Source of the DNA: an uncultured Candidatus Saccharibacteria bacterium
GTDB taxonomy: Bacteria > Patescibacteriota > Doudnabacteria > UBA920 > 2-01-FULL-46-14
NCBI GenBank assembly: GCA_964360335.1
Contig: CAYHVH010000003.1
Location: 1-58,217 of the forward strand
Length of the DNA stretch: 58,217 nt
Reading direction: 5' to 3'
Position 1 is the first letter of the stretch; every line of letters begins with the position of its first letter. The notes beneath the pieces were generated by a model that searched no databases, was not told where the DNA came from, and saw nothing but the letters and a program-made list of their open reading frames with translations. This document shows, one piece after another, positions 35,318-42,879 of this stretch. The translations under genes and the position numbers were made by a program.

Positions 35318-35623
35318 TTATGTCAAGGCTTTAAGCTTCTTCCTCGCTTTTTCCAGTTCACCTCTCGGGGTTTTCTGAGACTTTTTAACGAATCCGTGAA
35401 TAAGGTAAATAGTATGTTCATGGAAGCAATAAAAGATGCGAATTTCCTGCTGTCCGCGAACTCTAAGTTCAAATAATTTGTTTGTAATCTTTTTGCTGTG
35501 TGGCATGCCGAGACGGTAACCAAACTCTTCCAGTAAGTCAATCGTGCGTAAAACTTTAGCAACTGTCTGTTTTTCGAGAGATGAGATAAACTTTTCGACT
35601 CCTGGGTCTATGTATATCCGCAT
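35318..35623 (-). CDS. higB: RelE/ParE-superfamily toxin, Gp49/HigB-like
   Basis: LFELRVRGQQEIRIFYCFHEHTIYLIHGFVKKSQKTP is the Gp49-like pattern. Toxin-first gene order. Confidence 0.75.
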   Translation of the reverse strand: MRIYIDPGVEKFISSLEKQTVAKVLRTIDLLEEFGYRLGMPHSKKITNKLFELRVRGQQEIRIFYCFHEHTIYLIHGFVKKSQKTPRGELEKARKKLKALT

Positions 35624-35629
35624 AAATTT

Positions 35630-35687
35630 ATCATACCAAAAAACCGCCTTTTTCGGAACGTCTGACGTTCTGCGGCGGTTTTTTTTT
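35630..35687 (-). promoter_or_regulatory. family E junction element: helicase terminator plus a TGGTATGAT -10, 6 nt before the higB ATG
   Basis: The minus strand reads aaaaaaaaaccgccgcagaacgtcagacgttccgaaaaaggcggttttttggtatgataaatttATG. Confidence 0.65.
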
Positions 35688-35809
35688 AGAATGGCGTATT
35701 TAGGTAATTGACCGTTGAGGGGTCCTCGGATGATCAGATGTCTACAATTTGACCTGCCTGCCCTGACTGCCGTCAGGCCAGGGGGCGGGTAGGCGCACCT
35801 CGGTCGGGG

Positions 35810-37156
35810 CTATTCGGCAGAGCTATCAGTTTTTCCCCTTTTCATGAAATAACCACCATTACGATAGTATGGCCTGCTCCTGCCTCGATAAGGCCTGCTA
35901 CTGCGCCCGCGGTTTTCATATCGGCGTTTGCTGCGAAAAGAACCGCGCGGGGCATGGCCTCGACTGTCTCTACGGTCCCGAAATTTTCCCGACTCGTCCT
36001 CATGATATTGCGCTGGTGGTCTGCCCGCAAAAGAAGCCCTGGAAACCGGCAGGGTTTTTCTAATCAATCGTTCGATATTTCTTATTTCGCCTCTTTGATC
36101 GGGAGTAGCGAATGAAATAGCGTGCCCTGTCATGCCGGCTCGGGCAGTCCTGCCGATGCGATGTACGTAGTCTTCCGCAGTACTCGGGAGATCATAGTTG
36201 ATAACGAGTTCGATCCCGATTACGTCAATACCCCTGGCCGCGATATCCGTTGCCACCAGCACGCGATACCGGCCGATTTTAAACCCTTCCAACGCCTCAA
36301 GTCTTTGGTGCAGCGAACGATTTGAGTGGATTTCCGTGGCCTTGTGTCCGATGTTTCGGACTGCCCGGGCTATTTTTTGCGCTCCATATTTTGTTCGGGA
36401 AAACACCAAAACGCTCCCTTTATATTCGGACAAAATAGAACGAAGCAACGCGGGCTTTTCTTGTTTTTGTACAAAAAAAACTTCATGAGTTACGGTTTTG
36501 ACAGCGGTCCCGGATGGAGCGACTTCAATGCGCAGCGGAAGAGACATATACGACCGCGCTATCGTCACTATCTCATCAGGCATGGTTGCTGAAAATAGCA
36601 TGGTCTGCCGCGCTTTCGGCACTCGCTGCAAAATCCTTTTGATTTGCGGAGCAAAACCCATGTCCAGCATCCGATCTGCTTCATCCAAAACCAAAATTCC
36701 TACATTGGACAAATTGAGCTTTGTACTCTCCAGGTGGTCAATAAGGCGCCCCGGGGTGGCAATAAGGATGTGAGGTTTGTCGCGCAAAGCCCGGATTTGC
36801 TTGCCCATTGGTTCCCCACCAATTAATATTGCGGTTCTGAGACCAAGCGTATGGCCGATTTTTCTCAAAGTTTCGTCCACTTGCAAGGCCAACTCGCGGG
36901 TCGGCAGAATGATCAGCCCTTTGCTTTTGCCGCGGCTTTGGGCGAGCCTTTGGATCATCGGTACTCCGAAAGCCAGGGTTTTGCCCGTTCCGGTCTGCGC
37001 AATTCCCATAATGTCTTTGCCCTGGACGGCAATTGGGATAGATTGTTGTTGGATTGGAGTAGGGTGAGTGAATTTTTGGTGGCTCAAAATTTCCAAAAGC
37101 TTTGGCGCAATGCCAAGATTATTGAAGGTATTTTGCGGATCCGTTGCCGAAATCAT
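35810..37156 (-). CDS. DEAD-box ATP-dependent RNA helicase
   Basis: Q-motif region, AQTGTGKT, PTRELA, VLDEADRM, SAT, HRIGRTARAG and an Arg/Gly-rich C-terminal tail. Confidence 0.92.
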   Translation of the reverse strand: MISATDPQNTFNNLGIAPKLLEILSHQKFTHPTPIQQQSIPIAVQGKDIMGIAQTGTGKTLAFGVPMIQRLAQSRGKSKGLIILPTRELALQVDETLRKIGHTLGLRTAILIGGEPMGKQIRALRDKPHILIATPGRLIDHLESTKLNLSNVGILVLDEADRMLDMGFAPQIKRILQRVPKARQTMLFSATMPDEIVTIARSYMSLPLRIEVAPSGTAVKTVTHEVFFVQKQEKPALLRSILSEYKGSVLVFSRTKYGAQKIARAVRNIGHKATEIHSNRSLHQRLEALEGFKIGRYRVLVATDIAARGIDVIGIELVINYDLPSTAEDYVHRIGRTARAGMTGHAISFATPDQRGEIRNIERLIRKTLPVSRASFAGRPPAQYHEDESGKFRDRRDSRGHAPRGSFRSKRRYENRGRSSRPYRGRSRPYYRNGGYFMKRGKTDSSAE

Positions 37157-37189
37157 CTCACCCTTTCGAGGAGAATAATGTTACCAAAC

Positions 37190-37229
37190 ATTATCATACC
37201 AAAAAACCGCCTCCAGGGCGATTTTTTTT
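37190..37229 (-). promoter_or_regulatory. family E junction element upstream of the helicase
   Basis: The minus strand reads aaaaaaaatcgccctggaggcggttttttggtatgataat. Confidence 0.6.
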
Positions 37230-37265
37230 GGCTAGGGTCGCGTGGTGAAGGATATTAGAACCAGA

Positions 37266-37940
37266 CTAGCTCTCAAAGTCGCTCAAACCAATCTCATTCA
37301 AACGGGTTATGACTTTCGCAACCCCCTCAGTTTGCCTCAACTTCTCACGCTCATTTTTTGGACCGAGTGCAATTATTTTTCCAACTTTAGCATTCCTGGC
37401 CGAAGCCAGACCCATAATTGAGTCTTCGACAATAATGCATTTAACAGGGGGCAAACTAAGCTTTTGCGCAGCACGAAGATACATGACGGGCGATGGCTTT
37501 CCAGACAGGTTTCCGTCGTCGTAAACGATTTTTTCAAGATCAAACCATTTATCCAGGAACAAGTTATCAATAAAAAATTTAAGATTGACCGGTCCTGAAG
37601 CAGTGGCGATTGTTTTGGGGATGCTGTGTCTTTTCAGCAAACTTAATAGCTGCTCGCAGCCGGGGGAGAGACTGAATCGTTCACCTTTTGAAACCGCGAT
37701 CTGCCGATAAATTTCTTCTTTTCTTTTTCCCCACTTCGCAACCTCCTGCGCGGGAGCGGAAGGTCCTAAAAGGTCCCGAAAAGTTTCCGAAACTGTTCTG
37801 CCGTGAATCTTTTCGATCTGTTCTTTTGATATTGGTTTACCGAGAAGCTCTTCAGTAACTTTTGACCACGCCTCAACATTCCACTCGGTATCCCACAAAA
37901 TTACGCCATTGAAATCAAATATAATCCCCTCGTATTTCAT
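37266..37940 (-). CDS. HAD-superfamily hydrolase (beta-phosphoglucomutase-like subfamily IA)
   Basis: GIIFDFNGVI (motif I, with Asn at the second acidic position), TASG, and K...EDS motif IV. Confidence 0.7.
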   Translation of the reverse strand: MKYEGIIFDFNGVILWDTEWNVEAWSKVTEELLGKPISKEQIEKIHGRTVSETFRDLLGPSAPAQEVAKWGKRKEEIYRQIAVSKGERFSLSPGCEQLLSLLKRHSIPKTIATASGPVNLKFFIDNLFLDKWFDLEKIVYDDGNLSGKPSPVMYLRAAQKLSLPPVKCIIVEDSIMGLASARNAKVGKIIALGPKNEREKLRQTEGVAKVITRLNEIGLSDFES

Positions 37941-37947
37941 AACTCAA

Positions 37948-37980
37948 ATTATACCAAAAAACCGCCCCTAGGGCGATTTA
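37948..37980 (-). promoter_or_regulatory. family E junction element with TGGTATAAT, 7 nt before the ATG
   Basis: The minus strand reads taaatcgccctaggggcggttttttggtataatttgagttATG. Confidence 0.6.
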
Positions 37981-38000
37981 ATGTCTAGTGAGATCTTTAT

Positions 38001-38249
38001 CTAATCTTCTAGCTTCAAACCAATCTTTTCAGCCAGCTGTAGGATCCATTTTTCATGTCTGGTATTCTTGTTTGCCACGGCAGCATATTCGGCGCGTAAA
38101 TCACTGATCGCCTTGGCAAGGCCATCCACAGCCCTGGTTAAAGCCTGAACGGTTTCTCGAAGAGTGTCAGTTTCCTCTCGCAAATCCTTGATATCTTCCT
38201 TTGTGGCAAGGACTGCCGATAGCTTTTGAATATCTTCATCTGTCAGCAT
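38001..38249 (-). CDS. small coiled-coil hypothetical protein
   Basis: 82 aa with heptad-like LREETDTLRETVQALTRAVDGLAKAISDL. TTGACA, 17 nt, TAAACT lies upstream. Confidence 0.5.
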   Translation of the reverse strand: MLTDEDIQKLSAVLATKEDIKDLREETDTLRETVQALTRAVDGLAKAISDLRAEYAAVANKNTRHEKWILQLAEKIGLKLED

Positions 38250-38289
38250 GGTAATTAAAGTTTAGTCATCTATAATTTCTATGTCAATG

Positions 38290-38361
38290 GGTGCCCGAAG
38301 GGAATCGAACCCTCGTGACCGCCTCCACAGGGCGGCGTTCTACCATTGAACTACGGGCACC
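38290..38361 (-). tRNA. tRNA-His (anticodon GTG) with encoded G-1
   Basis: G-GTGCCCG...CCGCC-CTGTGGA-GGCGG...GAGGG-TTCGATT-CCCTT-CGGGCAC-C. Confidence 0.85.
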
Positions 38362-38442
38362 ACGTCGCTTTATCAATTTTGAATTTTGTCGCCCCTCCGG
38401 GAGATCTGCCGTGGGCATGGCATTTTAAGTTGTGAATTTTTA

Positions 38443-38517
38443 TGGTACCCCCACGAGGAATCGAACCTCGATCCGCGGCTTAGAAGGCCACTGTTCTATC
38501 CGTTGAACTATGGGGGC
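38443..38517 (-). tRNA. tRNA-Arg (anticodon TCT) with encoded CCA
   Basis: GCCCCCA-TA-GTTC-AACGGATA-GAAC-A-GTGGC-CTTCTAA-GCCGC-GGAT-CGAGG-TTCGATT-CCTCG-TGGGGGT-A-CCA. Confidence 0.85.
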
Positions 38518-38520
38518 GTG

Positions 38521-38736
38521 CTGTGGCAGGGGGGAGGCCACTCTTGACTTGCCCCGTAGTGTCCCGACAAAGTCGGGACTACTACCGGGGTCCATTGAAC
38601 TACGGGGACCCAAACTTTGCTCTGGCTCACGCCAGAGCTTCGATGGGCGAGAATACTAGAGCAACCAATCTACTCGTCCACCAAAGCTCGAGTGGTATGA
38701 GAGCGTCGGTGGAAACTACGGGGACGCCTTTTTAGT
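38521..38736 (-). ncRNA. unclassified structured RNA or leader co-transcribed with tRNA-Arg and tRNA-His
   Basis: Promoter TTGCCA (38771-38766), 17 nt, TAAAAT (38748-38743). Hairpins at 38703-38727, 38619-38638 (8-bp stem, GTGA loop), 38588-38611 and 38552-38590. Two loops carry CCCGTAGTT, which is complementary to ACTACGGGG. Confidence 0.45.
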
Positions 38737-38903
38737 TTAACAATTTTAGCGTTTTGAAGCCATATTGGCAAGGTTTTTGGTCTTGACAGGGGACTGATTT
38801 TTTGCTAAGCTAGGCAGTCAAACTGGTTCAAAGGGTTTGACAAGGGTTTGTTTCTATATCCGGTCCAGGGTGGACCGCATTTCGATGCTAGCAGGAGGAT
38901 AGT

Positions 38904-39671
38904 ATGAACTGCAACAAGAAGTTTGCGTGGTTGTTCGTGGCCATTTTGGCCATCACGGTTCTGTTGGTTTCGTCGCCGACGTGGGCCCAGCAGGCCCCGC
39001 CGAGTACGCACAAGGTCACGATCCAGGGCGAGATGAAAATTGACCCCGGCGTGCCCACCGCCACTACGGGGCAGGCAACTCCTGCCTTTGTCCTGAAAAA
39101 GGACGAGAGCGGCAGATGGGTCTACGGTCCGAACAAAGAGGGCGCATCAGCCCTCGGCGTTCCCGACAATTCCGCCTCGGACTTGGCAGACGAGCTCAAC
39201 AAGGCCCGGCGGGCGCGCAGTGTCGCTGCCAAGCTCGGTAAGTCGATTGACGCCATCGGAAAGGCGCAGGGCGAGCAGGGTTCGAGGCTTGAGGCTCATG
39301 CTGGCTCGCTAGACGGCCTGAACAAGGCAGTGGCGGAAGCGAAGAAGTTGGCCCAGCAGGCGGTCGGGGTCAATTCCCGGGCCAACTTTGCTGTTGCCCT
39401 CTCTGCTCTCGTGTTACTGGTAGCCGTCCTCGCTTTGTTTGTGGCGATGAGACGAGGACCACAAGCACAGGAGCCCGAGGATAAGACATCGTTCATACCT
39501 CGGGAAGCAGCGCTAACGCCAGCGCCGAAAACAGATGAAGGCAGTACGGCGTCGGCTCCTCGGCGTGGCGGCAGGGGCAAAGGCGGCGATCAGCCGTCTG
39601 GAGCGCCACCACCTGCTCCAGCCGCTGAAGGACCCGCAACGGCCGACGCTGGAGGCCCGCCGGCGAAGTAA
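38904..39671 (+). CDS. GC-rich secreted, C-terminally membrane-anchored hypothetical protein
   Basis: Signal peptide FAWLFVAILAITVLLVSSPTWAQQ, C-terminal TM segment FAVALSALVLLVAVLALFVAM, and a Pro/Ala/Gly tail. AGGAGG lies 6 nt upstream. Confidence 0.65.
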   Translation: MNCNKKFAWLFVAILAITVLLVSSPTWAQQAPPSTHKVTIQGEMKIDPGVPTATTGQATPAFVLKKDESGRWVYGPNKEGASALGVPDNSASDLADELNKARRARSVAAKLGKSIDAIGKAQGEQGSRLEAHAGSLDGLNKAVAEAKKLAQQAVGVNSRANFAVALSALVLLVAVLALFVAMRRGPQAQEPEDKTSFIPREAALTPAPKTDEGSTASAPRRGGRGKGGDQPSGAPPPAPAAEGPATADAGGPPAK

Positions 39672-39702
39672 GTTTGTCGGATCGGATTTACCCCCCCCAC
39701 CT

Positions 39703-39758
39703 GGGGCGGAAGTTCAGTTGGTTGACTCCTAGTCAGCCAGCCCTTCCGCCCCTTTTTT
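39703..39758 (+). terminator. rho-independent terminator after the 255-aa gene
   Basis: ggggcggaag...cttccgcccc followed by tttttt. Confidence 0.7.
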
Positions 39759-40053
39759 CTTTTTATCTGACAATTTTTATCGCCATGGCGTGTCTTTTTA
39801 TCAAGGTTAATAAGAAAGCTAAGCAGCTTGTTGCCGTTCGAGCCGGTCGAGAACCTTAAAAGTCAAGTGCTTCTCGACCTCGCTTCGCTTTGCTCGAAGC
39901 AAAAATGGGTTTACTAATCAAGCAAAATGTGCTATAATTATAATGTTAAAAGCAAAATAAAAAAATTAACTGGCAATTTATCTTAGACAGAATGCAAACT
40001 CTGAATTTTTCGTATTATCTTTAGGAGAGCCCAAGCAGAGTTTTTAATTTCGT

Positions 40054-42879
40054 ATGACCGAAAAACGACCAGAGGACAATTTAGGAAGCAAAGATCAAAA
40101 CAGCGCCGTTTCGGCACCTCGCGAAGGAACCCCGGGCCTCGAAAACTTTTTAGAAATTTTGCGGCGGCTAGATAATGAGTATAAACGGTTAAAAGAGGAT
40201 GCCAAAACACGGGTCGCTAAAGCTTTCGATCCCCAAAAATACCAGACTTTAAAAGCAGAGCTCGAAAGCCTTAAACGGGTGGCGAGCAAAAGCTTGCCTC
40301 CACCAGAAACTTCCAAGGAGGCAGCAGATTTTTGGGAGCTGGTACAAGTTTTTGATAAAGAACTGGGTGGAAACGGGGAGTTGCCAAACTTGAATCCCGA
40401 GGATTCCTCGGAAAATCCTATAGACGCCAGTACGACGGGTGGTGAGAGCGTTTTGCCAGCTGCCACTCCCGCTACAGATGCGGAAGCGCCATACTATCGC
40501 CCGCCGAAGACAGTAGGGCCAATTCGCGCAAAAGCAAGAAGGGGAGGTGAAGATAACGACAGTGGGGATGGCATTGCAAATAATCGCGAAAACGGCCGCG
40601 GCCAAGGTGACGTTGGCCCCAATGCTTTTGTGACATACGATCGGCCGAGAAAACAAGGACCCGGCGAGGGCAAGGGCCGGCCCTTCAGCACCAAGCCCCG
40701 GGACTTTAGGTTGAATCCCTTGGGCGAACCATTAGGCGCGGCTTTGGGGAGTCCCGAACCTCCCAGAGGGATAAATAACCCACCCAAAAACAAACTAGGA
40801 CATGGCGGTCAAGACAATCCCAGTAGTTTTACCGAGGGAGATGCGCAAAAGTTAGCCGAGGCTTTGGTTGATACTTTGGAGCATCAGGAGAAGCCCAAGG
40901 AGCCCGGAGTTCAGGAAAATCATCCAGTTGGTGAAAGCGACAGAGGAGCGCTAGATGAACTGCGAGAAACCTTGAGTCGCAGCGGTCTTGACACTTCTCG
41001 TTTGGTGAGAAGCCCTGAAGAGTTGTCAAAAGCCCCATTGTCTGAATTATTGCCGCAGACTCGGGTCACGGGGCAAGAAAAAGAGGAGAAACAGGAGGTA
41101 GCAAGCGTTCGGCCAAAAATTACAAACCGGGAAAAGCTACTGGCCGCAGCACAAAAGGCCGGTCTGGGTCTCTCGGAAGAAGAAAAGCAGAATTTGCCAC
41201 TTCCCGAGCTGTACGCCCGAGTGGAACAGACACGCTTGGAACAGATGGAGATTATTAGGAAGGGCCCCGCCTACCGGTTCTGGCGGGAGAGCTATCTGGA
41301 AGCGATGAGCCTGGAGGAGATGGCGTCGCTGCTCCTGCGGAAGGAAAGGCTGCCCTACCTGCCGCCGGGAATTTCTCGGGGCGAACTCGGTCCAGCTTTG
41401 GAATTGTTTACCAAGGAGGTAAAAGCCGGCCGGGATCCTTTGAATACCTTAGCCAATGAGATTCAGGAGAGGCAGGGATTTCAGAATTTTGTTTACGAAG
41501 CCAAAATCGATCGCCGCACCGGCCAACCGGGCCGGGGCTTCCTGGACACGGATTCCGACGTCCGGGCCTGTTTGTTCTTGCTGAAAAAAATCGGTCATCC
41601 GGGGGTAGCCGCTGCCCGTCCCTTAAAACACGGAGAACTCCTGCCTGGCGCGTTTCACTTGGACCTGGGCGGCCACGGCGGACCGTTTCTGGAGGAAGCC
41701 AAAACCGATGCGCAAGGCCGACCAGCGGCCGGGGTGGACAATCACCGGCGGGAACGCTCCTACCCATCTTCCACCGCGAAAATCCTGTACCGCATCCTCA
41801 CGGGGCAAAACAAGATTGCCGACCAGTATCCTTTTCTGCGGGAACTCGCCACGAGTGAGACGCCGGAAGCGCGACGCCAACTCCGCGCGATTCAGCAGGT
41901 CGTGGATTTTTCCGTAGCGGAGGACAATGCCCGGTTCCCGATAAGCGGCGGGCGGAGCAAAGCGGAGCGCTTGGCGGATTTCAAAAAGAGTTACCAGACC
42001 CTGCGAGGTTTGGGCCGGTTTATGTCGGCCGACGAGCTTTATGATTATTTTTACCACTACGGGCAGCGCGGTCGTTACAAAGACGGCTTTCGCGAGGCGA
42101 CCGTCGAAAAAGAGTTTTTGCCAGTCGACCTGGATCGCTACCACATCCAAGAGCGATTCCGAAGACTCGTCTGGCAGGATGAGGAAAATGGCGAAAAAAA
42201 GCGGACCTTGACGCCGATTGATGACTATGTAAGTTTGGCCGTAAACCAAGCGACAGAGAGATTCGGCCAGAAGTCCAGAAAGGAACTCCTCCAAGCGGGG
42301 CGGTTAGTGGCGACCCGCCTCGGCACGTATATGATTGATATTGTGCGGAAACCGGGAGACCGGACCTTGGCCGGCCATCAGGCGGCGCAGGCGTTTGGCT
42401 TTGACGGGATGATTTCGGTTGATGTGGCCCGGGGGACTTTTATGCTGAATACGCTTAATCCCCGCAAAGATTTGAGCCGCGACCCGCGAGTGATGGCGCT
42501 TTGCCAGAAAGTCAACGGCGTCATGGTCAGAGGGACAATGCTCATCAAGCCGCCGGATGCGGAGCCAAAGCAAATTTCGCTTAAGGATATCCTCGGCGCG
42601 GTTGCACCGAAAGATTTTACCCCCCAGGGTTTGATTAAAGACGCGCTGGAGCTGGAGGCGAAAGGGGAGTTGAAACCAGAACGGGAGGCGAAAACCGAGG
42701 AAGAAACATTACGGGAGGTGGTCGCTGGGGAGTGGGAGGAGGAGGCTCGCAAAACTCTTTCGACCTTGGGTTATAGTGACCAAGAAATTGAGGCTTTAGT
42801 TAAACTTATGAGAGATAAAGAAGTTGCCTTAATTTTGCAGGGTATTAAAGAAGGGGAGAAGAAAGATGGTGGAAAGTGA
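40054..42879 (+). CDS. 941-aa hypothetical protein: low-complexity N-terminal half plus a C-terminal region with DHH/DHHA1-like motifs
   Basis: The long ORF dominates all six frames. Motifs occur in family order: FLDTDSDVRACLFLL, HLDLGG, GVDNH...SSTAKILYRIL, AGHQAAQAFG. Confidence 0.6.
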   Translation: MTEKRPEDNLGSKDQNSAVSAPREGTPGLENFLEILRRLDNEYKRLKEDAKTRVAKAFDPQKYQTLKAELESLKRVASKSLPPPETSKEAADFWELVQVFDKELGGNGELPNLNPEDSSENPIDASTTGGESVLPAATPATDAEAPYYRPPKTVGPIRAKARRGGEDNDSGDGIANNRENGRGQGDVGPNAFVTYDRPRKQGPGEGKGRPFSTKPRDFRLNPLGEPLGAALGSPEPPRGINNPPKNKLGHGGQDNPSSFTEGDAQKLAEALVDTLEHQEKPKEPGVQENHPVGESDRGALDELRETLSRSGLDTSRLVRSPEELSKAPLSELLPQTRVTGQEKEEKQEVASVRPKITNREKLLAAAQKAGLGLSEEEKQNLPLPELYARVEQTRLEQMEIIRKGPAYRFWRESYLEAMSLEEMASLLLRKERLPYLPPGISRGELGPALELFTKEVKAGRDPLNTLANEIQERQGFQNFVYEAKIDRRTGQPGRGFLDTDSDVRACLFLLKKIGHPGVAAARPLKHGELLPGAFHLDLGGHGGPFLEEAKTDAQGRPAAGVDNHRRERSYPSSTAKILYRILTGQNKIADQYPFLRELATSETPEARRQLRAIQQVVDFSVAEDNARFPISGGRSKAERLADFKKSYQTLRGLGRFMSADELYDYFYHYGQRGRYKDGFREATVEKEFLPVDLDRYHIQERFRRLVWQDEENGEKKRTLTPIDDYVSLAVNQATERFGQKSRKELLQAGRLVATRLGTYMIDIVRKPGDRTLAGHQAAQAFGFDGMISVDVARGTFMLNTLNPRKDLSRDPRVMALCQKVNGVMVRGTMLIKPPDAEPKQISLKDILGAVAPKDFTPQGLIKDALELEAKGELKPEREAKTEEETLREVVAGEWEEEARKTLSTLGYSDQEIEALVKLMRDKEVALILQGIKEGEKKDGGK

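Noticed and set aside
34139-38249. Integron-like cassette array (same-strand small units including a TA pair, separated by a conserved element)
   Set aside because: The conserved element is explained as a terminator hairpin plus an extended -10 box. It lacks the attC R/L box organisation (no GTTRRRY core), there is no adjacent IntI-type integrase, and the units include housekeeping-type genes (helicase, HAD).
38523-38735. 70-aa plus-strand ORF
   Set aside because: It lies on the opposite strand of a promoter-driven structured RNA region and has no RBS.
38521-38736. tmRNA (ssrA) assignment
   Set aside because: An Ala-initiated mini-frame ending ...EALA with its stop in a hairpin loop is suggestive. 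However, I cannot find a G3:U70 acceptor stem, a T-arm or a CCA end belonging to it, and about 215 nt is short for tmRNA. It is kept as an unclassified ncRNA.
41623-42294. 223-aa ORF on the minus strand, plus other ORFs of 60-165 aa inside 40-46 kb
   Set aside because: They are nested inside the much longer 941- and 949-aa frames. The long frames have structured, motif-bearing sequence, while the nested ones look like shadow frames.
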